Shown piece by piece: positions 20,123 to 30,063 of a stretch of 64,000 bases of DNA. Made by a program: the position numbers and the translations under genes. This DNA is from an uncultured Methanoregulaceae archaeon (GTDB lineage: Archaea > Halobacteriota > Methanomicrobia > Methanomicrobiales > Methanospirillaceae), in the NCBI GenBank assembly GCA_963737635.1, contig CAVTTL010000001.1, positions 704,001 to 768,000 on the forward strand, written 5' to 3'. The notes under the pieces were generated by a model, which was not told the origin of the DNA, made no database searches, and was given only the letters and a program-made list of their open reading frames with translations. The stretch's first letter is position 1; each line of letters starts with the position of its first letter.

Positions 20123-20194
20123 GGGCTCGTAGATCAGGGGTAGATCGTCACGTTTGCAACGTGAAGGCCACGGGTTCGAATCCCGTCGAGTCCA
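20123..20194 (+). tRNA. tRNA-Ala (UGC)
   Basis: GGGCTCG...TCACG-TTTGCAA-CGTGA...GGTTCGAATCC...CGAGTCC-A. Confidence 0.95.
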
Positions 20195-20294
20195 TCGTTT
20201 TTATAGCATCTTTTGTGAAAAGTTACTTCTCACTTTAAAAAATTGAGAGGGCAAATACAGGCAGAAGTGATTTGAATCCCGATGCCGGAAAAAC

Positions 20295-20747
20295 TCAATC
20301 GATCCACTCAAGCAGCTGGTTCTTTGACGCCTGTTCGCTTTTCTGGATCAGTTTTCGCTTGACCTTCTGCACCGCTTCATCCGCAGGAGACGGCGGGAGC
20401 GGTGCCGGCGAAGTGGATTTCTCGAATTTTCCGTAATCGAAATACTCGTCATCCTTGTCAATCTCGTGGACGGCTGCCTGGGGTTCCGATTCATGCACGG
20501 AGGAGGATGTGGCGGTGGGGGCATAGGTATCCCGGGCTGGCAGCTGTCCCGGGTCTTCTGCCGGGACCGGGTCCGGGGAGATAAGTGGCGGTGCGATTGA
20601 CTTTACCGACGGAGAGGCATCATGAGATGCGAGCTGGACGGTCACCCGGATGCCCTCCGCCCGCTGTATCAAAAAATCGACGAAGTCCTCGACCTCCCGA
20701 CGTTGATCCGTCGAAAGGTGATCCAGTTTGTTCTCCAGCGACTCCAT
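20295..20747 (-). CDS. Hypothetical protein with DUF2281-like N-terminus
   Basis: KLDHLSTDQRREVEDFVDFL helix pair, Pro-rich linker, short C-terminal helix. Confidence 0.7.
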   Translation of the reverse strand: MESLENKLDHLSTDQRREVEDFVDFLIQRAEGIRVTVQLASHDASPSVKSIAPPLISPDPVPAEDPGQLPARDTYAPTATSSSVHESEPQAAVHEIDKDDEYFDYGKFEKSTSPAPLPPSPADEAVQKVKRKLIQKSEQASKNQLLEWID

Positions 20748-20831
20748 GATTTGTGGACCAATCCTATCTATCCAGTACTTTTGTTATTTATATTTAAGAG
20801 ATCTGCGCCGGTACGTAAGATGCCTGATGGG

Positions 20832-21695
20832 TCAATCCCATTTGTGCTGGTACCCGTGTTTTTCCACCGGTTTTCCTCCTGCAAGCACTATTTTTTCCGG
20901 AATCGCTTTCCCGATCATGGTGCAGGCCACACCTTCCACCGGGTACCGGTCCGGGGGCAGCGTGAAGATCAGCTCGTAATCGCCACCGCCGTACAACGCC
21001 AGTTCCCGCGCCTGTTTTTCCGGTATGCCTAAAGGCAGAGGCAGTTTTTCCGGATCAAGGGAGAAGCCACAGGAATTGACACTCATGAGATCGTAGAGAG
21101 TGAGTGCAATACCATCACTGTCGTCCATCATCGCAGAAATTCCCGAGCGGGCGAGTTTTTGGCCCTCCTCTACCCGGGGCTGCGGCTCAAAGAGTGCCTT
21201 TTCGAACTGCCGGTACCCATCAAGCCATGCCTGTGCCTGCCCGGGAGTTCCGGTAATACAGACAAGGTCGCCCGGACGGGTGCCGGTGCGTCGCACGAGA
21301 TGTGCCGGATCAACGAGGCCGAGACCCGATGTTACAACCGTGAGCTCGTCATGGTGGTCGATATCTCCCCCGACGATCGCGGCACCGAATTTCCTGCAAC
21401 AGTCCTGCGCTCCCTGCATGATGCCGGCAAGCTGCTCCCACCGGGAAAGTCCGACCGCAATAAGTACATATTTCGGTGAAGCTCCCATGCCCGCGATATC
21501 GCTGATGGTGACTGCAGCGCTCATCCAGCCAATCTGCCAATCGGTCATGCCATCTACAAAATCAGTGGTTTTATGGAGCATATCGGTCGTTGCCACCATC
21601 ATCTGATTCCCGCACGGGAGTACTGCGCAATCATCCCGGCAGTTCTCCTCGCCAACGATCGCCATCACGGTCTTTAAGAGTTCCCGGTCGTCCAT
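20832..21695 (-). CDS. thiL: Thiamine-monophosphate kinase
   Basis: DDCAV, TTDML, SDIAGMG, GGD, DDSDG, GGGDYEL. Confidence 0.93.
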   Translation of the reverse strand: MDDRELLKTVMAIVGEENCRDDCAVLPCGNQMMVATTDMLHKTTDFVDGMTDWQIGWMSAAVTISDIAGMGASPKYVLIAVGLSRWEQLAGIMQGAQDCCRKFGAAIVGGDIDHHDELTVVTSGLGLVDPAHLVRRTGTRPGDLVCITGTPGQAQAWLDGYRQFEKALFEPQPRVEEGQKLARSGISAMMDDSDGIALTLYDLMSVNSCGFSLDPEKLPLPLGIPEKQARELALYGGGDYELIFTLPPDRYPVEGVACTMIGKAIPEKIVLAGGKPVEKHGYQHKWD

Positions 21696-21697
21696 CC

Positions 21698-23662
21698 TCA
21701 GTTCCCCTTCTTTCGTATTTCCTTACCCCGTTCGCTCTTGTACTCCTTGAAAATGTGCTCGATCCGCGTAGATTCCTTATTACGTAAGAATTGTGTTTGT
21801 TCTTCCTGCCAGTGAGCAAGAGCAGATTCGACCCGGTCTTTTGGGGTAAGCCCCTGCTTGCCTCTCACCTGCACCCCGGTATCCGCACCGACAAGCAGGG
21901 GAAGGCCGGCCTCCTGAAACGCCATGTGGATCTGAGGATCACCCTCTCCCGCAGAAGGGGCAATCAGGGCACGGATCTTCGTATCTGCGAGATCCCTGAC
22001 CACGCTTCGCCCCCAGCCACCCGTGCGCTGTACATATACGAGGTCACCTTCACAGATGCCGATATCTTCCATGAGCCGGCGCAGGCCATCTTTCGTAAGG
22101 CTGTCCAGCACCTTAACGGGGAGTACTTCGCCATCTATGGAGAGCTCGGCAAATGTCCTGATCCGTTCCACCCGCTTTGCCAACGTCCGGCCGTGGCGCT
22201 CTTCTTTCCTGAGCCTTTTTTTTAGGCTCTGGATTATCGCGTCGCGTTTTACTACTTCGGCATCCTTTGCAATTTGTTCATCGCGGCGCGCGTGCATACT
22301 GCGGAGCCGGCCCTGAAGCCGGCGGATCTCATACTCTTTTGCCTTGACTTCTTCCTGGAGTTCTGCTACGTACGGTACGCAGGCGTTTCACCATCCCATC
22401 CAGCACCCGGACCCGCTCATCGTGCTTGGGCTCGGTCGGGGCTGCGGGAACTTTTTCCAGCGGGACAGCAGGTACAACAGCGTGCATGTCAATGAGTACC
22501 TGATCGAGCGCCTGGCCCCGGATCACCCGGGCCCGGACTTCATCGAGATCATGGCCAGGGGGCACTCTTTTAATGAGGTTCCTGAACTTGTTCTGGTACT
22601 GGAGATTTGCGTCGAGAGCGGCGGAAAGAGCGTCGCGCTCGTGGACATTTGCGTACGGGTGGCCGGCGGTGAGTGCAATTTTGGTCTCGACACTCGTATC
22701 CTGACGGGGCGTATACGCGACAGCTGAGAAAGCCCGGCGAATCTTCTCTACCGAGTACGGCATCTCCTGTACGTCGGACGCAATGACGAGGGGTTTCCCG
22801 ATCCGATAAAGAGCCTCTATCACTCCTGACATATTCATCTGGCGGGAACTTTCAAGATGGAGGAGGTTGCCATCAAGGTCGAGAGCAGCGATCGCCGTAG
22901 TAGTGCCCGGATCGATGCCAACAATCAGGTACCGGGGTTTTCCAGAAAGTGGTCGGAACCGGATCCGTTCGAGGCGCTTGCCGCTGATCTTGACCTGAAC
23001 ATCGGCGCCCCGGTAGGTGGAGACCGGCACCTGGCCCCGGGCGGCAAAGACCTGGAAGACCACCCGACTGCACCCACCGAATGCCTTGGTCTCCTTCTTT
23101 TCGTACCGCAACCCTGTCGCTGCGAGCTGCATCTCGATCTCCCGGCCCTTCAGCTGGACGGCGCCATGTATCTTCCGCACATACCGGTTCTGGCTCCACC
23201 CGCCCCGGCCCAGGGACCGGTGTCGGCTTACCACCACCTCGCTCTCATTCTCAAACGCGATAACCTCAGCACCGGCACCCAGCGCTGCTACCCGCGCCGT
23301 TGTACGGGCTTCGGCAAATGGGTCGAACCGGTCGAAGCTGATATTGAACCGGGCAGCGACCTTCCCAAGCGTCTCCTTTTTTCCCCACCGGTTACCTGGA
23401 CGAGTTTTGTCTGGGGCGGGAGACCCTGCAAAAAAAAGAAGAGCTCGCGCTGATCGGCCGCAATTTCCTGAATGCTGTCAACAGCAAGGATGTCGGGGTG
23501 TTCTTCGGAGAGCAACCGGAAGAGCCGGAACATTGAGACTGTGCTCTCGCCTAATATCTCCTGCCCTTCCATCCGGACGAGGGCATACATCGGCCGGCGG
23601 GATCTCGACCTCACTGAGCCTTTAACGATATCGATCCCAAAAACACTCAGCCGGTCACGCAT
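21698..23662 (-). CDS. DUF460 family protein (RNase H-like domains plus coiled coil); frameshifts near 23380 and 22375
   Basis: Three ORF-track pieces join into one protein: VFGIDIVKGS..., SLGRGGWSQNRY, IVGIDPGTTTAIA, HERDALSAA, coiled coil. Confidence 0.82.
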
Positions 23663-24504
23663 CGCAGGGCTTCCCCGAGCTCGTATGACAATTTGTACTT
23701 CCGTACAAAGAATGACAGAATATTGGTGATATCGCGTTCAAGGATAGCGCCGGCATTCGGATGCGTTGTCTCCATCCACTGGGGCCAGTCGATTAAGACA
23801 CATTTTCCATCCTCCATGAGGATGTTGAACTCAGAAAGATCCGCATGGATCACGCCGGCCTGGTACGCCGCCCGCACATTTGCGAGGATCGAATCAAGCG
23901 TTTCTGCCGGGTCCGGAAGCCGGCACTTGGAGAGACCCGGTCCGGAAATTTTCGCCATCACGACGGCATTCCGGTTCTGGCCGATAGGAAGCGGGACAGA
24001 CACCTTGGGGTGGAGGGTACAGAGAGCAGCGTATTCGCGTTCAGCAGAGAGTCGGGAGGCTAATAACCAGGGGCAGCTGCCGGTTTCGGGAAGATACTCC
24101 CGGTTGACGCGGGCCGTGTTAAAAGAGCGCTGGCCGACCCGGTGAAACTTAATCACCACCGGCCCAAGGCCGAGTGCATCATATACCACTGACTCCTTTC
24201 CCTCGCCGATCTTTGCCCCCAGTGCCGATATGATTCCTTTTTTTGTAAGCGTTGTCAGTGCAAGCGTATCGTACCCACCAAATACGAGCGCGTAGCCATC
24301 ATAGGGCACCGCGTTGAAACGCACCATTCCCCACGCTATCAGACGCGACAGCCGGTAATTGACTTCTGATTCGGAGAGCCCTGTCGCCTGCTGCAGACAA
24401 TCCAGTGGCACCCACTCGTACCGTTTCATATGCCGTTCAAGTGCGGCAAGAATTGTCTTCTCGTATTTGTGGAGGCTGCGGATACGCTCCGGGGACACGA
24501 CCAT
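23647..24504 (-). CDS. rio2: RIO2-type serine/threonine kinase
   Basis: N-terminal wHTH, GEGKES, KFHR, IHADLSEFNI, IDWPQ. Confidence 0.93.
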   Translation of the reverse strand: MVVSPERIRSLHKYEKTILAALERHMKRYEWVPLDCLQQATGLSESEVNYRLSRLIAWGMVRFNAVPYDGYALVFGGYDTLALTTLTKKGIISALGAKIGEGKESVVYDALGLGPVVIKFHRVGQRSFNTARVNREYLPETGSCPWLLASRLSAEREYAALCTLHPKVSVPLPIGQNRNAVVMAKISGPGLSKCRLPDPAETLDSILANVRAAYQAGVIHADLSEFNILMEDGKCVLIDWPQWMETTHPNAGAILERDITNILSFFVRKYKLSYELGEALRCVTG

Positions 24505-24621
24505 GGTTGCTACAGTGGTTATGTGGCAGACTATAAAATCATGGGCTCCGTGCAGGCTGCCGCCGGAGCATCACAACCTTAAACATCTTTGATTATACAG
24601 ATCAGATTGGAATTGTCTCCC

Positions 24622-25521
24622 ATGCAGTGCGATGCGTGCCGGCGCGAAGCTATTGTTTTCCAGCCATATTCAGGAAAATATCTCTGCCCGGTACATTTTA
24701 CCAAGGATTTCGAGACAAAGGCAAAACGCACCATCCGTTCGCATAGCTGGCTGCACCCGGGCGACCATATAGCCGTTACATTGTCTGGCGACGCTTTAGG
24801 CACTGCACTCCTTCTCTTTCTTTCAAAATTAACAGCAAACCGCCGGGACATACAACTTTCCGCGATAACTGTTGACCCCGGGATTCCCGGTTACCCGGTA
24901 ACTGAATATTCCCAAAAAACAGCTGCTGCCTGCGGTGTTGAATTATTCACCGGCTCATTTTCTGACCGGTACGGTATCACGGCAGATGAAATCGCGAGGC
25001 AGGACGGGAAGGAAGCAGCCGGTCGTTCCTGCCGGGTACTCGGGGGAGATCTGATCAGGGAGATTGCACAAGCCCACGGTGTTACCCGCTGTGCCGTTGC
25101 CACTACGGTCGATGAGATCGCGGGTGATTTTTTTTCCGACCTCCTTGCCGGCACGGTTGAACACTCCCTGTTTTCCCGAGAGCCTATAGGGACAAAACCT
25201 GCTCCCTTTATACGACCGTTTATGGCGATCCCGACGCCGGAAGTAATCCGGTACGCGGAGCTGCATGCTCCTGCAGTTAATCCCTCATGCTTCCTGCCGC
25301 GGTGCTCCTTCGCAGTTGCCAGCCCCCTTGTGGCGGATGCACAGGATGCTCTTGACGCTTACGACTCCAAGCACCCGGCGACAAAATTCGCGCTTGCAAA
25401 CCTCGCCGGGACACTTGCCGGCTTTGCAACTAGGTACGAACTGTCGGTATGCCCGGTGTGCAGCGGTCCGCTTACAGGCGGGGAATGTAAGGGGTGCGCC
25501 ACCCGAAGGAGATTGAGATGA
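24622..25521 (+). CDS. TtuA/Ncs6-like PP-loop protein with degenerate active-site motifs
   Basis: Terminal Zn fingers retained (CDAC...LCPVHF; CPVC...CKGC); PP-loop reads SGDALG. Confidence 0.8.
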   Translation: MQCDACRREAIVFQPYSGKYLCPVHFTKDFETKAKRTIRSHSWLHPGDHIAVTLSGDALGTALLLFLSKLTANRRDIQLSAITVDPGIPGYPVTEYSQKTAAACGVELFTGSFSDRYGITADEIARQDGKEAAGRSCRVLGGDLIREIAQAHGVTRCAVATTVDEIAGDFFSDLLAGTVEHSLFSREPIGTKPAPFIRPFMAIPTPEVIRYAELHAPAVNPSCFLPRCSFAVASPLVADAQDALDAYDSKHPATKFALANLAGTLAGFATRYELSVCPVCSGPLTGGECKGCATRRRLR

Positions 25522-27233
25522 AGGAGCGTATCATGAGATCGAAGAAACATGTTATTTGGCGGATCATCCAGACGTCCGCAGAGATGCGCGTCCTGATTTA
25601 CTTCGTGCTCTTTGCGCTGCTTATCATCGTCTTTACTGTTATCTTCCACTGGTTGTACCCCGAGTTTGAAGGAAAAACAGTCGACTGGGCGCAATCGGTA
25701 CTTTTCGTAATACAGACCATTACGACTACGGGGAGCCTCCTCACGTACCACTCAGATACGATGATCATTCTGTCGACGATCATGATGCTTTCGGGGATCA
25801 TCATGATCTTCATGGTTATCCCTCTTCTCCTCACACCATACCTTGTAGCAGTGCTCCGCTCGGGACCAGCGCGCCGGACACCTCACGCCCTTTTCCATCA
25901 TACGGTGATAATCGGGGACGGGGAACTGTCCCGTGCACTGGTGGAAAGCCTGTCGCTCTCGGATAAAGAGATACTTATTGTTGAAGAGGATGAAAATGCG
26001 GCTCGCGATCTTGCCCTTAAGCATCTCAGACGGGCGTTTGTCCTATGGGGGGATTATGACGACCCGCAGATCTGGGAGCAGGCCTGGATCAGGAACGCGG
26101 ATTTTGTGATTCTTTGCGAGAACGAACGGACCACCGCAAGCATTATCCTTGGTATCAGGGCAATTACATCAGCACGGATCATCTCAATTGTCGACAAGGT
26201 TTCATTTGACCGGTACCTGAGATATGCCGGTGCTGAGTACGTGCTCTCGCCTAAGCAGATTACCGGGAGGATCCTCGCCCGGCATGCCGTACTCAACCCG
26301 GTCGGTGATATAGAGCCTTCCATCCCCGGTCTTGACCGTCTCACCATAAACGGCGAAGGGTTCCCGGAAAAGAATCTCCGGTTGATTCACATCCCTGTCA
26401 TGTCCGACAGTAAGGCTGCGGGGAAACAACTCAGAGGGCTGGACCTGTACGGGCAGTATGGTGTAATCGTGCCATTTCTCTGGAAAGCGGGCAGGTTCAT
26501 CTCCCACCCGGATCCAAATGAGACCATTGAAGTCACAACCTCACTCTTTTTATTCGGGAGTGCCGATGCTATCCGGCGGGCAGTCCGTGACCAATTGGAA
26601 GTGGACAGGGAACAGATCGGCCATGCGGTGATTGCAGGGTTCGGCGATGTGGGGTCTGCTGCATATGCGGAGTTGGTGGCATCGGGGATTTCCTGTGTGG
26701 TGGTCGATGCAAAAAAGTATAATATAAATGAGGTGGTAGGGAATGCCGAGGACGAGGAGATCTTACAAGAGGCCCATATAGGGGAGGCCCAGTTCTGCAT
26801 CGTCGCGCTCAATAATGATGACGTGAACATCTTTACCACTCTGATGGCACGCAACCTCAATCCCGGAATCCGTGTCCTTGCCCGGGCGAACGAGCCATCA
26901 TCTGTGGAGAAGCTGTATCGGGCGGGGGCGGATTATGTTGCATTGCTTCCACGGATCGGCGGGCAGACGGTTGGCAGGATCGTTCTGGCCGCCACGGTTA
27001 CGGTACTCATCGATCTTCCGGACGGCGAGATGGTAGTATTAAAACATATCAGGCACCCAACCGAACAGACGGTTAAGGGTGCTACAGAGAAAAGTGGTGT
27101 GCGGTTCCTTGGAATCGAGAGACCGGATATGGTCATAGTGTCGCCTCCCGGGACAGAAGTGTTGCGTGAAAGGGATGCAGTGATTGTGGTGGGAAACACT
27201 GAACAGTTAAAAAAATTTATCAGTTTATTCTAA
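25518..27233 (+). CDS. Two-TM potassium channel homologue with tandem RCK (TrkA-N/C) domains
   Basis: TM-pore-TM (QTITTTGS), IIGDGELS and IAGFGDVG Rossmann motifs, RYAGAEYVLSP and RAGADYV. Confidence 0.88.
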   Translation: MKERIMRSKKHVIWRIIQTSAEMRVLIYFVLFALLIIVFTVIFHWLYPEFEGKTVDWAQSVLFVIQTITTTGSLLTYHSDTMIILSTIMMLSGIIMIFMVIPLLLTPYLVAVLRSGPARRTPHALFHHTVIIGDGELSRALVESLSLSDKEILIVEEDENAARDLALKHLRRAFVLWGDYDDPQIWEQAWIRNADFVILCENERTTASIILGIRAITSARIISIVDKVSFDRYLRYAGAEYVLSPKQITGRILARHAVLNPVGDIEPSIPGLDRLTINGEGFPEKNLRLIHIPVMSDSKAAGKQLRGLDLYGQYGVIVPFLWKAGRFISHPDPNETIEVTTSLFLFGSADAIRRAVRDQLEVDREQIGHAVIAGFGDVGSAAYAELVASGISCVVVDAKKYNINEVVGNAEDEEILQEAHIGEAQFCIVALNNDDVNIFTTLMARNLNPGIRVLARANEPSSVEKLYRAGADYVALLPRIGGQTVGRIVLAATVTVLIDLPDGEMVVLKHIRHPTEQTVKGATEKSGVRFLGIERPDMVIVSPPGTEVLRERDAVIVVGNTEQLKKFISLF

Positions 27234-27249
27234 CAACAGGAGAGCAGAG

Positions 27250-27996
27250 ATGGCTGAAGAATTCGAATGCCGGATGGGACAGGTAGAGCAGATGATCCGG
27301 CACACCTACTGGAGCAGCGGATGCACAGGAATAATCGTTGGTGTTTCCGGGGGCGTGGACTCGGCACTTGCGGCTGCCTTCTGCTGCCGGGCGATCGGGC
27401 CGGACAAAGTGCTCGGCCTCTCTCTACCGGCATCGGTGAGCAATCCGCAGGATGTGCAAGATGCAAGGGAACTTTGTACTGGGCTCGGAATCGAGCACCG
27501 CGTAGTCAGCATCGACCCCATGCTTGCAGCTTTTGCGACTCTCCCCGGCTTCGTGGAATCGCCCTACTTGTCCGGGAACCTCATGGCCCGGATCAGAATG
27601 ACGGTGCTGTACTATCACGCCAACCGGGATCACCGGCTTGTCTGCGGCACTTCCAACAGGAGTGAGTTCCTGCTTGGGTACTGCACCAAGTATGGTGATA
27701 ATGCGGCCGATTTCCAACCCATTGTCCATTTGTACAAAACAGACGTCTACGAAATGGCCAAAAAGATGAAGATTCCGGCTTCGATATTAACCAAAACACC
27801 CTCGGCAGGGCTGTGGGCTGGTCAGAGTGACGAAGGCGAGATCGGCCTGTCTTATGATGAAATAGATGCAGCGCTCAAAAACCTTGAGGCTCATGACTGG
27901 AAAGCCGGATCCCCTGCTGAGGAAAAAGTACTGGTCCGCGCACAGAAAAACGCCCACAAGCGCTTTGCAGCACCTAACCTTTTAACAAGCCAGTAA
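27250..27996 (+). CDS. nadE: NH3-dependent NAD+ synthetase
   Basis: SGGVDS, GNLMARIRM, GYCTKYGD, PSAGLWAGQSDE. Confidence 0.96.
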   Translation: MAEEFECRMGQVEQMIRHTYWSSGCTGIIVGVSGGVDSALAAAFCCRAIGPDKVLGLSLPASVSNPQDVQDARELCTGLGIEHRVVSIDPMLAAFATLPGFVESPYLSGNLMARIRMTVLYYHANRDHRLVCGTSNRSEFLLGYCTKYGDNAADFQPIVHLYKTDVYEMAKKMKIPASILTKTPSAGLWAGQSDEGEIGLSYDEIDAALKNLEAHDWKAGSPAEEKVLVRAQKNAHKRFAAPNLLTSQ

Positions 27997-28688
27997 ACAT
28001 GTCCGGGTATTTCTACCGGTTCGTTGAGAAAAGCAAGGGCTTCCCGGTCGTTGATAAGGGAATAAATTGTCCCCGTGCAGGATCGAATGGCTGTATCTTT
28101 ACCCCTGATTGCTACAATGCGCCGGACTGGGGGCACCTTTGGGTAGTGCCGGTTTTTCACAATCCCGCCGTTGCTCATAAGGTAATACGCCCCACCGTGG
28201 CGGATTTCGTATTCGCCGTATTCACTCTCAAATGCGGTAGAGACGAGGTTTGCAAGGACGAGCGTGGAATCCGGTGAGGGATTGATGGTAATATGACCGT
28301 ATCCCGGGGGTATGATCACCCGGGTTCCAGTCTCCGCGAAAACGAGGATAACGTCGTCGAGGGTACGTGACTGGAGAAGAAATTGTGCCTTTCCATCAAT
28401 CACCTCGTACAATTCGGGGTAACCAGTGCCTGCCGGATCGTCAGGATGGTAATGTCCCTTGGTCTTGACGTACTCCCCGCAGAGATCCCGGGGAGGGATG
28501 ACAGTGATATCGTAGCGAAGATTGTAATCGACAAGCCAGCGCCGGTCCATCTCTGTTCGTGCAAGATCGCGATACATATAATAGAGGGGATCGCTTGCCG
28601 GACATCCCGGAACAGCTAGTACAGCACGCATATCCCGAATCGTCCGTATCCCTGGCGCTGGTAGCGCCCCGTTCCACCCGCACCTCAC
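27974..28688 (-). CDS. Archaeal cupin-type glucose-6-phosphate isomerase (probable indel near 28015)
   Basis: LYYMYRD, KTKGHYH, YPELYEV, IPPGYGHITIN; removing one base gives ...EPEKYPDMFTGLLKG* and shortens the overlap with nadE. Confidence 0.88.
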
Positions 28689-29981
28689 TTCTTCTTCCTC
28701 ACCACAAACACATAGTAGCCAGCGGCGCCAAGTATCACAACGACAACAACGACCAGTTCAAGCAGCTGGATAACAGCTGACGTTGCAGGGCGGGCGTTTA
28801 TCTGTACGTCAGCCGTGAAGGTATCGGAAACCTGGCTGTTATCGAGGTCGTCACGGTACCTGACCTCGGTATTGAGGGGGTACGTGCCGGGAGCAGCCCC
28901 GCTCGCGGCGGAGAGAGCGTAATGGGCGGTCACTTTGCCGCCGGGCGGGATATCCCCGAGGTAGGCGAGCGTATCCGCGCTCGAAAGCGGCCCGTAGGTT
29001 GAAAGCCGGGCTTCGGCATTATTAGCCGTGATCGTGCCCGTATTCTGGTATACTACATCAATCACGCTGTCAGATCCCTCGGTGATAATCGCAGGGGGTG
29101 ATGTAACGATAAAACTGAGTTTACCCGCCACCGGGATGCCGACTGTGTCAATCGCCGAAGTCACCGTATTCCCGTCGGCGTTCGTGTAGGTCACTTCAAC
29201 ATCGATCGGGTAGGTCTGCTGCTGCGCGGCGCTGGAGACGGCGACCTTGTACTGGCAGGTAACAATACCGCCCCGGGGGAAATCCCCGATATAGACGCTG
29301 TCGTCGGTCGGGATGATAGCGCTGTTCCCATGCTGCAGGATTTTGACCGTTGCCTGGGTCCCGTCCTCGTATCCGACATTCTTGATAGTCAGGTTGATGT
29401 AGCCTTCTGTCCCGACCGCAAGGCCGGACGCATTGGCATCGAGCACGTCAGTCTGGACGACCGGTTTTATCATAACCGTGAGCGGGATCGTCAGGGTCAC
29501 GGGAGCGTATACGGCCTGGACCTGGTCGCTCGTAGGCTGGTTGCTCAGGCTGTTGGAGAGATAGGTATACTGGACTGTTAGGGGAAGAGTGTATTCACCG
29601 AGCGTCGCATCTGACGTGATCTTAGCCGAGAACCTCGCGGTAGTGATCCCGGGGCTTTGGATATCGCCCAGGTTCTGGGCATCCGTCGTGATGTTGATAG
29701 GAGCTCCACCCGAGGTGAGTGCTACCGTGACCAGTTTCGCAGTGGTGGGCAGGTCGGCCTGCGGCAGGGTTCCCTGGTTGGTGTAGGTTACCGCGGTCAT
29801 CCCGCTGTTCTGGATGTCGATGGTGATCGTTGCGGTCTGTCCCGGGTAGAACTCATTGGTGCCGGCAATGTAGGCCGTTATCTGGGGCGAGCCCCCGACA
29901 TATTTTTCCTGGCCCAGCGCGGGCATGATGCAGAACGGTACTGCCTAAGATCAGGAGAGCAAATATTGGATGATATTTCAT
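28685..29981 (-). CDS. COG1361-type S-layer/surface protein (indel near 29945 in the signal peptide)
   Basis: Repeated Ig-like LGDI.PG / YIGDF motifs, C-terminal TM plus RKKK; MKYHPIFALLIL signal is in frame after removing one G. Confidence 0.82.
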
Positions 29982-30063
29982 CGGGAATCACATGCAGTTG
30001 TTATTGGTACACATTTCTATGGTATCATATAAAGCGATGCAACAAGCTAAACTAAACACCGGT

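Noticed and set aside
18689-20194. Integrated element bounded by attL/attR tRNA repeats
   Set aside because: Both copies are complete tRNAs with different anticodons and T-stems, and no integrase is present
27891-27996. 106-nt convergent overlap of the PGI gene with nadE
   Set aside because: Shrinks to about 23 nt after a one-base correction near 28015
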